Positions 1-9,652 of a stretch of 64,000 nucleotides of DNA are shown one piece after another. This stretch comes from a bacterium. GTDB lineage: Bacteria > Pseudomonadota > Alphaproteobacteria > Rs-D84. A program made the position numbers and the translations under genes. The stretch spans positions 5,995 to 69,994 of the forward strand of contig JAAVBP010000009.1 of assembly GCA_014803525.1 (NCBI GenBank), in the 5' to 3' direction. Position 1 is the stretch's first letter, and each line of letters starts with the position of its first letter. The notes below the pieces were generated by a model. That model searched no databases. It was not told the DNA's origin and saw nothing but the letters and a program-made list of their open reading frames with translations.

Positions 1-2847
1 TTTGTTCTTTGTTTTGTCCACCGGCAGATACCGTTTCAGATACCGCCCGGTCGGCGAATCGGTTGCAGCGACCTGCTCTGGCGTACCAACGGCGATCACC
101 TGGCCACCGGCGGCGCCGCCTGTCGGCCCTAAATCGATTATCCAGTCGGCCGTCTTAATAACCTCTAAGTTATGCTCTATTACTATAACAGTATTTCCTT
201 GTTCTACCAACTCGTGCAATACAGATAGCAACATTTTTATATCTTCGAAATGCAAGCCCGTCGTCGGTTCGTCCAGGATATACAGTGTCTGCCCCGTGCT
301 GCGCGCCGCCAATTCTTTGGATAATTTGATGCGCTGCGCTTCGCCCCCCGACAGGTCCAGCGAACTCTGCCCCAGTTTGATATAATCCAATCCCACACGC
401 TTTAACAATTCTAATTTACGCGCAATTTGTGGAACATTGATAAAGAAACGATATGCTTCGTCCACTGTCATATTCAATACATCGGCAATAGACTTACCTT
501 TGTACTTTACAGCCAATGTTTCTTCGTTATAACGCGCACCATGACACTTGTCACATTCGACATATACGTCGGCCAAGAAATTCATTTCAATCTTTATCTG
601 GCCGTCACCTTGGCACGCCTCGCACCGGCCACCCTTTACATTGAACGAGAATCGGCCTGATGTATAGCCGCGGGCCTTGGCCTCGGGCAATCCCGCAAAG
701 AAATCACGAATATTGGAAAACACACCGGTGTATGTCGCCGGATTACTGCGCGGCGTACGGCCGATTGGCGATTGGTCAATATCAACAACCTTGTCTATAT
801 TTTCCATACCACGGATAATGTCATGCGCGCCGATTTCCATCTTGGAATTATACAGCGCACGCATCAATGCCGGATACAATGTTCGCAATAACAATGTCGA
901 TTTACCCGACCCTGATACACCAGTCAATGCAATGAATTTCCCCAGCGGAAATTCAACATCCACATTTTTCAGATTATGTTCTCGCGCCCCATGCACCGTG
1001 ATTGATTGCCCATTACCTGCGCGACGCGACTTTGGCACATCAATCTTTTTCTTGCCCGACAAATATTGTCCCGTCAACGATTCTTTATTCTTAATCACCT
1101 GGGCGGGCGTGCCGGCCGCGATAATACGACCACCATTTACACCAGCGTTCCGCCCAATATCAACCAGATAATCCGCCGCACGCATTGCGTCTTCGTCATG
1201 TTCAACAACGATAACCGTATTATCCTTGTCACGCAGCATTTTCAGCGTATCAATCAGTTTATCATTATCACTTTGATGCAGGCCGATTGACGGTTCATCC
1301 AAAACGTATAACACGCCGGACAGACCACTGCCGATTTGGGACGCAAGTCTGATACGCTGCGCTTCGCCCCCCGACAGCGTTCCCGCCATACGCGACATGG
1401 TTAAATACCCCAGGCCAACGTTTTTTAAAAACTCTAATCGGCTAGTAATTTCACGCAAGACTATACGCGCAATGTCGTTATCTTTCTGGGACAGATGATT
1501 CGGCAAATCGTTAAACCAATCGGTCGCGTCATCCACCGCCATTTCACAGACATCCATAATATCCATGCCGTTTATTTTCACACACAACGCCTGGATATTT
1601 AGACGTTTCCCATGACACATCGGGCACGGCTTTTCAGACTGATATTTGGCCAAGTCTGCCTTTGTCGCCTCGGAATCCGATTCGCGCCAGCGACGTTCAA
1701 TATTTGGAATCACGCCTTCATACGGTTTTTCATAAACAAAACCATTCCAATTTATCTTGATTGGTTCATCACCACTGCCGTACAAGATCAAGTTCTTTTG
1801 ATCTTCGGTCAATGTATGCCACGGTTTGGTCATTGGGATTTTATATTGTTTATGCAGCGCACTTAACAAGTGATCATACTGACTAAGCATACCACCACGC
1901 GACCATGGCGCAATCGCACCGTCCAAAATCGACTTACTGGGGTCTGGAACGACCAAATCTGGGGACATATTTAACTGCACCCCCAAACCATCACACGTTG
2001 GACAGGCGCCAACCGGCGCATTGAATGAAAACAGACGCGGTTCAATCTTGGGCACTGTAAAACCACTGACCGGGCATGCATAGTTTTGCGAATACAACGT
2101 ATCTTCATTTGTATCCAACCGACGCACCAAAACAGAACCTGGCACCAGACGCAAAGACCCTTCAAACGACGCATACAGGCGCGAACGAAATTCGTCCACA
2201 TCCGCATCCCCCGCCGGCATGGCCAGGCGATCCACAATCACCATAATATTGTGTTTTTTATTCTTGTCCAATGGCGGCACAGACGATAAATCATATAATT
2301 CGCCATCAATAATTGCGCGCTGATAGCCCTGCTTTACCAAAAATGCGATTTCTTTTTTATACTCACCCTTGCGGTCACGCACCAATGGTGCCATAACATA
2401 AATTTTTGTACCCGCCGGAATTTTCATGGTCCAATCGACCATTTCCGATATAGATTGTGATTTAATCGGCAGGCCCGTCACCGGCGAATACGGCACACCA
2501 ATACGCGCCCATAACAGCCGCAGATAATCATAAATTTCCGTCACCGTACCAACAGTTGAGCGCGGGTTTTTCGATGTTGTTTTTTGCTCGATCGATATCG
2601 CCGGCGCCAATCCCTCTATCAAATCCACATCCGGCTTTTTCTGCATATCCAAGAACTGGCGCGCGTATGACGACAAACTTTCGACATATCTGCGCTGGCC
2701 CTCGGCATAAATGGTATTAAATGCCAGCGAAGACTTGCCCGAACCAGATACACCTGTAAAGACCACCAATTTATTTTTTGGTATGTCCAGATCAACATTT
2801 TTAAGATTATGCTCGCGTGCGCCGCGAATTTTTATCACGTTTGCCAT
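1..2847 (-). CDS. uvrA: Excinuclease ABC subunit A (UvrA); the C-terminal last few residues are cut off by the window edge
   Basis: Minus-strand translation from the ATG at 2847 reads [17 protein letters not shown]. Both ABC signatures are present, and the C-terminal block reads [39 protein letters not shown] then TPEQVAANPTSYTGRYLKR. The ORF track only shows antisense ORFs here because the true ORF has no stop inside the window. Confidence 0.9.
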   Translation of the reverse strand, partial: MANVIKIRGAREHNLKNVDLDIPKNKLVVFTGVSGSGKSSLAFNTIYAEGQRRYVESLSSYARQFLDMQKKPDVDLIEGLAPAISIEQKTTSKNPRSTVGTVTEIYDYLRLLWARIGVPYSPVTGLPIKSQSISEMVDWTMKIPAGTKIYVMAPLVRDRKGEYKKEIAFLVKQGYQRAIIDGELYDLSSVPPLDKNKKHNIMVIVDRLAMPAGDADVDEFRSRLYASFEGSLRLVPGSVLVRRLDTNEDTLYSQNYACPVSGFTVPKIEPRLFSFNAPVGACPTCDGLGVQLNMSPDLVVPDPSKSILDGAIAPWSRGGMLSQYDHLLSALHKQYKIPMTKPWHTLTEDQKNLILYGSGDEPIKINWNGFVYEKPYEGVIPNIERRWRESDSEATKADLAKYQSEKPCPMCHGKRLNIQALCVKINGMDIMDVCEMAVDDATDWFNDLPNHLSQKDNDIARIVLREITSRLEFLKNVGLGYLTMSRMAGTLSGGEAQRIRLASQIGSGLSGVLYVLDEPSIGLHQSDNDKLIDTLKMLRDKDNTVIVVEHDEDAMRAADYLVDIGRNAGVNGGRIIAAGTPAQVIKNKESLTGQYLSGKKKIDVPKSRRAGNGQSITVHGAREHNLKNVDVEFPLGKFIALTGVSGSGKSTLLLRTLYPALMRALYNSKMEIGAHDIIRGMENIDKVVDIDQSPIGRTPRSNPATYTGVFSNIRDFFAGLPEAKARGYTSGRFSFNVKGGRCEACQGDGQIKIEMNFLADVYVECDKCHGARYNEETLAVKYKGKSIADVLNMTVDEAYRFFINVPQIARKLELLKRVGLDYIKLGQSSLDLSGGEAQRIKLSKELAARSTGQTLYILDEPTTGLHFEDIKMLLSVLHELVEQGNTVIVIEHNLEVIKTADWIIDLGPTGGAAGGQVIAVGTPEQVAATDSPTGRYLKRYLPVDKTKNK

Positions 2848-3056
2848 TTTCTTCACCAAATATAGATATTTTACCAAAAATTTCAACCAAAAGGGCAAAA
2901 AATATATTTACCTCACCATGTATAAATCCCCAACAATAAACAAATACACGAATTTATACTGGCCAATCATATACACACCGCCGCATTTTGTCAATTATTT
3001 TATCAAACGATAAAAGGGGGCCAACCGACCCCCAACTAATAAAAATCCCGTCCATA

Positions 3057-3971
3057 TTATTCTGCATCTGCCACAGTATCCGAATCATCCTTTTGTTCTT
3101 CATCGGATTTTTTGGCACCGCCCGTATTTTTCAGCAATGCGTCCGCATCCATCTCTATACCAGTTTTTCTGGTATGTGGCGCACCAACCTTGTCAACAGA
3201 CGCACCATCAACCCAAATATCTATACCACCGGCATTTCCAAATGTGGCCCGATACCCATTACCATTGGGCACATAGTAAACATCACCTGGTACCAAAACG
3301 CGACTAAATACAGTATTGCCACGCCCATCTTCAATTTTTACCCATGATTCGTGTACAGCCTGCAAAATTATACGCGACGAATTACGATTTTCCGTACCAA
3401 AACGTTCGCGAACAGTTTTGGTAAACTTTGGCTCTGACACGGTCTGGGTCGTTACCACCTCAACAACATCTGATTGAACATCTGGAACCGGTTCCCCACG
3501 TTTCACAAACATACCCAAAGCTAAAACCGTCAAAATCACCAGTCCAGCCACCGCGATCAAAACCCATTTCCATTTGCGGCGCACGAATGCCATTGCACGC
3601 TTTGCAACACCCGCCCCAGGTATCGCCCCCCCTGACGCACGCGCCGACACATCAGCCGAATCATCCGACAATCCATCACCAACGATACCCATTTCACGTT
3701 TTATCTTGGCAACAACCTCGTCCGGGTCCAGCCCCAATTCCATTGCATAATTACGTGCAAAGCCCAATATATAAACCTGTTCTGGGATCGCAGCATAATC
3801 ACCATCTTCCAACGCTTGCAGAAACTCTTCACGTATGCACAGCTGCTTGGATATTGTCGGTATTTCACGCTTGCGCCGGCCGGTTGTACGCGCATTACGC
3901 AACATTTCGCCCGCAGTCAATTCAACCGGTGCCGATGTTTCAATCTCATTTATATTTGTATTTTCGTTCAT
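3057..3971 (-). CDS. RodZ-like cytoskeleton/HTH (XRE) protein with a C-terminal DUF4115-like domain
   Basis: It has an N-terminal HTH (TAGEMLRNAR...IPTISKQLCI...YILGFARNYA), a central transmembrane segment (WVLIAVAGLVILTVLALGMF) and a C-terminal beta-rich domain. The start is moved to the internal ATG (MNENTN), which has a GGGGAA ribosome-binding site; the track ORF begins at an upstream TTG. Confidence 0.55.
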   Translation of the reverse strand: MNENTNINEIETSAPVELTAGEMLRNARTTGRRKREIPTISKQLCIREEFLQALEDGDYAAIPEQVYILGFARNYAMELGLDPDEVVAKIKREMGIVGDGLSDDSADVSARASGGAIPGAGVAKRAMAFVRRKWKWVLIAVAGLVILTVLALGMFVKRGEPVPDVQSDVVEVVTTQTVSEPKFTKTVRERFGTENRNSSRIILQAVHESWVKIEDGRGNTVFSRVLVPGDVYYVPNGNGYRATFGNAGGIDIWVDGASVDKVGAPHTRKTGIEMDADALLKNTGGAKKSDEEQKDDSDTVADAE

Positions 3972-4010
3972 ATTGATTATTCCCCTGATATTCAACGCCC
4001 ATCATAGAAT

Positions 4011-4953
4011 CTATATATTTAATTCGCAACCCCAAAATTTACAAATTTCTGCCTTTAATTCCGCAACATCCGTTATGGAATTCACACGTATGCGAAATTC
4101 CGCAGAATTTGGCATGCCGGCACTGTACCACGCGGCATGCTTTCGAAACATCGGCACCGCAACAGATGCACCATAATATTCCACCGCATATTCCAGATGC
4201 CGCAATACAACATCCCCAACATTATTTGGTACCACACCACCCGACAAAGTACCAATCAACCATGGCCGCCCCATCAGTGCCCGCCCAATCATCACACCAC
4301 AATAACCCAATTCACCTGCACGAACCAGGTCATCCGCGGTCTTGATATCGCCATTTGCAATAATTGGAATCGAACATCCATGCACATCCGGATGCACCGC
4401 CGGGCCAACATATAATTGCGCACGTGTCCGTCCATGCAACGCAGCAAAACGCACACCAGAATCAGCGGCAATTTGTATCAGTTCACGCCAATCACGATGT
4501 GCATCATCCCACCCCAGGCGGGTTTTAATAGATACCGGAATATCAACCGCGCGAACAACCGCCCGCATTATATCGCCCGCCAGTTTATGATCGCGCATTA
4601 AAAACGCACCCGCACCCGCGCGCGTTGCAACCTTTGGCACAGGACATCCCATATTTATATCAATCCAGCGCGCCCCACTATCGGCCAACATTTTTGCCGC
4701 AGTCGCCATCAAATCTGGATCTGCACCAAATATCTGGGCACCAACAGAACCTTCTGCACCATACCGATCAAAATTACGCAGGCAATTTTTATGTTGTCCG
4801 ACCAAAGAATGACACGAAATCATCTCTGTCACCAGTGGGGCTTCGGGTGCAAACTCGCGCAGGATACGACGAAATGGCCGGTCGGTCACACCGGCAAGCG
4901 GTGCAGCAAAAATTTGATTATTAGTAAACATTTGTGATATAATGCCAGACATG
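4011..4953 (-). CDS. dusB: tRNA-dihydrouridine synthase (DusB-like)
   Basis: FAAPLAGVTDRPFRRI, IDINMGCP, TRLGWD and HGRTRAQLY motifs match the Dus family. The start is either MSGIISQ (4953) or MFTNNQ (4931); the upstream 55 codons of the track ORF are not coding. Confidence 0.8.
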
Positions 4954-5277
4954 AATGAAAAAATCAAAAATTTCTTTGGATTTATCGCACGCGCCTGGTC
5001 CGGCGGCATTCGTGGCAAAGTCGGCATTTTAATTGCAATATTTGCTGCATTTATGTTTATACGTATATTCTGGGGCGAGGTTAATATACAAAAATTCGTC
5101 ATAAATATATGGCGCCTGAACAGTGAACAGCAACAACTGGCCCGGGAACAAAATAAACTAGAAGCGATGCAGCGTCATATATCCCTGTTGCAAGGATACA
5201 GCCCCGATTATATCGAAGAACTGGGGCTGAAATACCTGAACATTGGCGATGCAAACTTTAAAACACTTAAACTGTAA
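4942..5277 (+). CDS. ftsB: FtsB/DivIC-type septum formation initiator
   Basis: About 110 aa with an N-terminal transmembrane segment (ILIAIFAAFMFI), a coiled coil (LNSEQQQLAREQNKLEAMQRHI) and a DYIEELGLKYLN tail. The start is probably MNEKIK at 4951. It is divergent from dusB and overlaps it. Confidence 0.55.
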   Translation: MPDMNEKIKNFFGFIARAWSGGIRGKVGILIAIFAAFMFIRIFWGEVNIQKFVINIWRLNSEQQQLAREQNKLEAMQRHISLLQGYSPDYIEELGLKYLNIGDANFKTLKL

Positions 5278-5278
5278 T

Positions 5279-5752
5279 TTAATTCAGATATAGTATAACC
5301 CCGTTTAAATAAGCGGCAAATATCAGCCATAATATATATGGAATAACCAGGTATGACGCACTGCGATTAACCGGCCGGAATGCACGCATCATCTTTATCG
5401 ATATTATAATCAACGCCAAAATTACCACGAATGCGGGCAAAACCTGATGCAGCCCAAAGAATAAAAACGACCACAACCCATTCAGAACCAGTTGCAGCCC
5501 AAACAACAGGTACGATCTTGTTTTAGCAGACCCACGCCGCGGACTGTTCATAATCAAGAACAACGCAATTCCCAATATTGCATACAATACCGCCCAGGCC
5601 GCACCAAACACCCATCCATCCGGCGTCATAACAGACTTGTTCAAAATATTATACCACGCATCGGATGTGCCACTGGGCGTAAACATTATGCCAAACAGCC
5701 CTGGCAAGAATGCTAACACCACCGCGAATATAAACTTTAAAATTTTTTTCAT
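5279..5752 (-). CDS. tspO: TspO/MBR family tryptophan-rich sensory protein
   Basis: 157 aa with five predicted transmembrane segments. Family motifs are present: WYNILNKSVMTPDGWVFGAAWAVLY, LVLNGLWSFLFF and VIPYILWLIFAAYLN. Confidence 0.8.
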   Translation of the reverse strand: MKKILKFIFAVVLAFLPGLFGIMFTPSGTSDAWYNILNKSVMTPDGWVFGAAWAVLYAILGIALFLIMNSPRRGSAKTRSYLLFGLQLVLNGLWSFLFFGLHQVLPAFVVILALIIISIKMMRAFRPVNRSASYLVIPYILWLIFAAYLNGVILYLN

Positions 5753-5973
5753 TTACCCCCCCTTTCTCACCCAGGATTATACCACCCAATCCCCCACAAT
5801 GCGCACAGGAACCTTTTCAGAAAAAATATTAGAATTTATTTTTACCATGTGTAATAATGTATAACGGAGCTGAGAAGGCGCACACACCCGGTCCAAACGG
5901 ACCGGGAAATATTTTAATAATAAAAAACGGACCACCAAATTTGGTGGCCCGTTTTTTATATTTTACCCAGATT

Positions 5974-6336
5974 TTACTGTTCGCAAACTTCTACGGCATA
6001 CATCGCTTCGCCATCAACAGTCGGTTCCGCACCCAATACACGATAACAATTTACATCTACACCTTCAACTGTGCCAGCCGGAACAACGTCGATATAAACA
6101 TTTTCAACATCTGCGATGATTTCTTCGCTTGGGTTTACAGACAAGAACACCGCGTTCTTACCCGCATTGCGAATTGCATCAAATTCCGGAACAACCGGGC
6201 ATTTCGCCAAGAAATCACCACTTTCGCCAGTCGCGATTTTTTCGCATTTCTGACCCAGAACTTCAACCGAGTTATCTTTGCTGCAGCCAGCCAACAATGC
6301 GCCACACAGCAGCGGCAATACCAATAATTTTTTCAT
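5974..6336 (-). CDS. Small lipoprotein (signal peptide plus lipobox LAGC), function unknown
   Basis: MKKLLVLPLLCGALLAGCSK is a signal-peptidase-II-type signal. The protein is acidic with no recognisable domain. Confidence 0.5.
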   Translation of the reverse strand: MKKLLVLPLLCGALLAGCSKDNSVEVLGQKCEKIATGESGDFLAKCPVVPEFDAIRNAGKNAVFLSVNPSEEIIADVENVYIDVVPAGTVEGVDVNCYRVLGAEPTVDGEAMYAVEVCEQ

Positions 6337-6570
6337 TATATTTCTCCTTTCACTTTTAAGTAAGAACTATTACGCCCCCTGCTTTTTGCCACACCCGATC
6401 AACCCTACGGATTCATACAGATGCGGTAAATCACTTGAGTTAACACAATCATAGCCATTAAAAAATCACCCCGCAACAATTATTTTTAAGAAATATAGCC
6501 TGACATCATGCACAAAAAATATACCAACTGACTTGAAATTGACAAATTTTTATTATACAATAACCCCGAT

Positions 6571-6647
6571 GCGCCCTTAGCCCAGCTGGATAGAGCATCG
6601 GATTTCTAATCCGCAGGTCGCAGGTTCGAATCCTGCAGGGCGCGCCA
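6571..6647 (+). tRNA. tRNA-Arg (anticodon TCT), CCA encoded
   Basis: Cloverleaf: acceptor GCGCCCT/AGGGCGC, D arm GCCC-AGCTGGATA-GAGC, anticodon stem TCGGA/TCCGC with loop TTTCTAA, T arm GCAGG-TTCGAAT-CCTGC, discriminator G, then CCA. Confidence 0.9.
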
Positions 6648-6654
6648 TAAATTT

Positions 6655-6682
6655 AAACCGGCCTTGTGCCGGTTTTAATTTA
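6655..6682. terminator. Bidirectional intrinsic terminator (AAACCGGC-CTTGT-GCCGGTTTT)
   Basis: GC stem with T-runs on both strands, immediately 3-prime of tRNA-Arg and 3-prime of the minus-strand tRNA-like fragment. Confidence 0.6.
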
Positions 6683-6713
6683 TGCTGTGCGTCCCAGGAT
6701 TTGAACCTGCGAG
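6683..6713 (-). pseudogene. Degenerate inverted copy of the tRNA-Arg 3-prime half (T arm plus acceptor), a tRNA-like fragment
   Basis: The minus strand reads CGCAGGTTCAAATCCTGGGACGCACAGCA. The neighbouring tRNA-Arg 3-prime half reads CGCAGGTTCGAATCCTGCAGGGCGCGCCA. No matching 5-prime acceptor strand was found, so it is not an intact tRNA. Confidence 0.4.
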
Positions 6714-6889
6714 GCAAGCAGGTCGAACCGCCGCAAAAAGGCAGACGAACGTATGCCGGTTTGCATCAGCAAATTTTGCAAGGTCGGCGAAGCCAATCCT
6801 GCAGGGGCACCCAGCATGGCTAACAAATAATTTTTTTACTATTGAAAAAAAATTGTATTTCACATAAACTAATGCATTGAACAGCAGAG

Positions 6890-7099
6890 ATGTGTGTTCG
6901 GGGCCTTAGAAAGCCTTAGATCATTCGGTGCGAAACGGCATCGTAAATCTTTATATCCGGTGCCATCGCACCGTTGCAACCCCGGCAAGTGCCGGGGGGC
7001 CGTCGTTATAAAACAGGGTTCACCTAAAAGCGTCGGGAATCACTGATGATCTGATTTTTCTAACCCCCCGGCCACCAAATCTGTTTGGTGGTTTTTATT
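6890..7099 (+). promoter_or_regulatory. Structured leader upstream of the Cys-rich gene pair, ending in an intrinsic terminator (possible riboswitch or attenuator; class not recognised)
   Basis: Nested hairpins are GGTGCGAAACGGCA...TGCCATCGCACC and CCCCGGCAAGTGCCGGGG. The leader ends with CCACCAAATCTGTTTGGTGGTTTTTATTTT only 27 nt before the ATG at 7127, and a ribosome-binding site AAGGGGG follows the terminator. Confidence 0.35.
7072..7099 (+). terminator. Rho-independent terminator (CCACCAAA-TCTG-TTTGGTGG plus T5)
   Basis: Perfect 8-bp stem followed by TTTTTATTTT on the plus strand. Confidence 0.7.
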
Positions 7100-7126
7100 T
7101 TGATGCACAAAAAAAGGGGGACATCA

Positions 7127-7990
7127 ATGAACAAAATACTAATTATCGGCGCATTTATACTAATCCCATTTATTAGCCATGTATATGCGGGCGAACATAA
7201 GGCCGGTGCAGATAATTCGTGCTTTTACGACAGTAATCCAGGTAAATCGAAGTGGCACTACTATTTTTGCGGCAAGGAACCCATTGACAAAAACAACAAA
7301 ATAAAGTGCAGCGGCAAAGAGTACAAAGGCGCCGATAGACTAGACGGCGAAAAACCCAATGGAGATATGAAAAAACAGTTGATGAATCATGAAGTATTCA
7401 CTTTTACCACCAAAGAAGAAGATACATACTGTTGTTGCGGCGGGACAAGCAACACTGCCGGCCGCTTTGAAAAAGCGAAAAACACCCAGAACTGTTATAC
7501 AGACGACAAACCCACAGAAGAAATAAAGAACTTGGGAAATGGCAAGGCATGTAAAATGCTGACATATAAAACAGTGTGCGGCGATACACATACGATCGAC
7601 TGCAACACACCAGAAAACGAAACATGTGGCACAGGATACATATGGCGTAATAACGAATGCGCACCAATATGTGGAGGCGACACAGTATACGAATCGGAAT
7701 ACACAAACACATGCATAATATGCAAAACCACCGTATACCAGGGAATTTTTGGCGACGCGCAAAACAAATATTGCAAACGATGCGACAAAGACACCGAATT
7801 CTTTAATCGCACAACAAAACAATGCATAAAAAAATCAACATTGATGGCACATTCCAAATTGGCAATCCATGAATGCTGGCAATGCCCAACAACCAACACG
7901 CAAAAACAATGTGTCCAAGCGGTAACAAACCACAACACCACAGGCACCCCAATCCCCGACAACATAAAAAAGATATGCAACCTAACCTAA
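7127..7990 (+). CDS. Secreted cysteine-rich protein, paralogue A (family unknown)
   Basis: Signal peptide MNKILIIGAFILIPFISHVYA. About 30 Cys. Blocks shared with paralogue B: DNSCFY, YYFCG, FTF, CCCGGT, TYKTVCG.T.T..CNTPE.ETCGTGY.WR, C..C.TT.YQGI, YC..CD.DT.FF.R.TK.C and CWQC. Confidence 0.75.
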   Translation: MNKILIIGAFILIPFISHVYAGEHKAGADNSCFYDSNPGKSKWHYYFCGKEPIDKNNKIKCSGKEYKGADRLDGEKPNGDMKKQLMNHEVFTFTTKEEDTYCCCGGTSNTAGRFEKAKNTQNCYTDDKPTEEIKNLGNGKACKMLTYKTVCGDTHTIDCNTPENETCGTGYIWRNNECAPICGGDTVYESEYTNTCIICKTTVYQGIFGDAQNKYCKRCDKDTEFFNRTTKQCIKKSTLMAHSKLAIHECWQCPTTNTQKQCVQAVTNHNTTGTPIPDNIKKICNLT

Positions 7991-8101
7991 TAGCCAACAC
8001 AACCGCACCACCAAGGACAAAAAAGCGTTTCAAAATCCTGTTGAATAAAGTTCTGGTTTTCAGTAAGATACCATAAACAAAACCTGAGAAGAGAACCAGT
8101 C

Positions 8102-8923
8102 ATGAAATATTTGTCCGCTACAATTGCCGTATTAATGTTAATAACACCGGGGGCATTTGCCAGAAATTACAAGCACGCATCTGATAATTCGTGTTGGTAC
8201 GAAACAGAGTATGGCAAAAAAAGCACTGGCGACAACTGGGGATACTATTTCTGCGGGCCAATGGCACAAAAATGTGACGGAAAAAAGCACAAAGGGCATG
8301 ACTTTGCAAAATCTTATATGGATATGGAAATGTTTACGTTTAAGAATAAACGTACAAATGAACCCAATTCATTTTGCTGTTGCGGCGGCACTGAAACCAC
8401 TAATGGTCAATTTGTGGCCGCGGATTCAAAGTCAGGCAACTGCTTTGTCGGTGATCCCATAGAAGAAAAAAAGCCCCTGGGCAACAATGAATTTTGCACA
8501 AGACGAACCTATAAAACCGTTTGCGGTGGCACATATACTGTTGAATGCAATACCCCAGAACCCGAAACATGCGGCACGGGATACGTGTGGCGCGACACGA
8601 CAAAGTCATGCGCACAAATATGTACCGACGGCCAGGTGTTTGAAGAATATACAAACAAATGCATCTCTTGCGAAACAACCGCATACCAGGGAATCGCAGA
8701 TGAAATGCCCAAACTGTATTGTATGAAATGCGACAGGGACACCCAATTTTTTGACAGACAAACAAAAACGTGCGTATCCAAAAAATCAGGCAACTTTATG
8801 GAACGTCAAAAAATGATCCTGCAAAAATGCTGGCAATGCGCAACACTGGCAGACACCACAAAATGCGTTACAGCCAACGGGGAACCAACCGATTCCAGTG
8901 TTAAATCCAGCTGTCAGTTGTAA
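8102..8923 (+). CDS. Secreted cysteine-rich protein, paralogue B
   Basis: Signal peptide MKYLSATIAVLMLITPGAFA. Same cysteine framework as 7127..7990. There is no terminator between the two genes, so they are likely co-transcribed. Confidence 0.75.
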   Translation: MKYLSATIAVLMLITPGAFARNYKHASDNSCWYETEYGKKSTGDNWGYYFCGPMAQKCDGKKHKGHDFAKSYMDMEMFTFKNKRTNEPNSFCCCGGTETTNGQFVAADSKSGNCFVGDPIEEKKPLGNNEFCTRRTYKTVCGGTYTVECNTPEPETCGTGYVWRDTTKSCAQICTDGQVFEEYTNKCISCETTAYQGIADEMPKLYCMKCDRDTQFFDRQTKTCVSKKSGNFMERQKMILQKCWQCATLADTTKCVTANGEPTDSSVKSSCQL

Positions 8924-8940
8924 TCAAAAACACAAAAAAA

Positions 8941-8966
8941 TAAGCCCCATTCCGGGGCTTATTTTC
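8941..8966. terminator. Bidirectional intrinsic terminator (AAGCCCCATTCCGGGGCTT)
   Basis: GC hairpin flanked by A-run and T-run, between convergent genes. Confidence 0.6.
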
Positions 8967-9582
8967 ATTCTTTGATCTGATTTTTTAAGTGAAACAATTC
9001 GATAAACATGTATATATCTGACGCAGCAAACATTAATAAAATTACCGCTAACAAATATACCATCGCCACCGCCCCGACAATCGGAAAGAACATCAACAAC
9101 ACGGTCAACAAAAACAATACCACCGCCACAGTTAAATCTAGTGCATAATGTCCAATACGCGCACGCGCCATATTGATCGCGAATATCAATGCCTTGATCG
9201 CCTTGAACAATAACAACGCAATAAACACATACACCAGTCCAACCGAAGAATCCATCGGATAAACACAAAACAAAACACCCAAAACAATATTCATTAAACC
9301 AAATATAACATCTATCCAACCACCACCAGGCGCACGTGACACAGTAAAGCCTGCAATTGTACGATACAGACCAAATAAAATCAAACCAACCCCAATCACA
9401 AATGTCATCATCGACAGCATTGCAATCGGCCGGAATATCATAAGTACAGCCGCAAAAAACAGCAATGCAGCCTCGCATATCAGTAATGGCGCACTGCGAT
9501 TATACAGGCCCTGAATATATTCATAAACAGGATTAACTTTTTTATTTACCGTCTTGTCTTTACGTGTTTTATTTTTTTGCAT
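8965..9582 (-). CDS. HdeD/DUF308-like multi-pass membrane protein
   Basis: 205 aa with six or more hydrophobic helices after a basic N-terminus. GGGGG ribosome-binding site 8 nt upstream of the ATG at 9582. The overlapping 8924..9478 ORF in another frame is rejected. Confidence 0.6.
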   Translation of the reverse strand: MQKNKTRKDKTVNKKVNPVYEYIQGLYNRSAPLLICEAALLFFAAVLMIFRPIAMLSMMTFVIGVGLILFGLYRTIAGFTVSRAPGGGWIDVIFGLMNIVLGVLFCVYPMDSSVGLVYVFIALLLFKAIKALIFAINMARARIGHYALDLTVAVVLFLLTVLLMFFPIVGAVAMVYLLAVILLMFAASDIYMFIELFHLKNQIKE

Positions 9583-9652
9583 ATAACGCCCCCATGTTTA
9601 AATATTACACACAAATATTATATCACACAGGGACGTAAATACCTTTAGGCAC

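Noticed and set aside
2-2289. Several plus-strand ORFs (2..385, 677..1171, 1006..1290, 1612..1866 and others) at the left edge
   Set aside because: All are antisense to the uvrA reading frame, which gives a continuous, motif-perfect UvrA translation on the minus strand.
6675-6867. ORFs 6675..6863 (minus) and 6682..6867 (plus), 61..62 aa
   Set aside because: They lie over the tRNA-like fragment and the A/T-rich spacer. They have no ribosome-binding site and a non-coding composition.
6650-7100. tmRNA (ssrA) hypothesis: the minus strand has a T-arm-like GGTTCAAATCC near a terminator, and a GGGGGG...GATTCCCGACG stretch ~400 nt upstream
   Set aside because: No complementary 5-prime and 3-prime acceptor strands, no CCCC-A-CCA end, and no plausible AN...AA tag reading frame. 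A permuted two-piece layout does not fit because a terminator and tRNA-Arg lie immediately downstream. Better explained as a degenerate tRNA-Arg half copy plus a plus-strand leader.
8924-9478. ORF 8924..9478 (184 aa, Cys/Trp-rich) on the minus strand
   Set aside because: It overlaps the HdeD-like gene in another frame. That gene has a ribosome-binding site and clean transmembrane helices.
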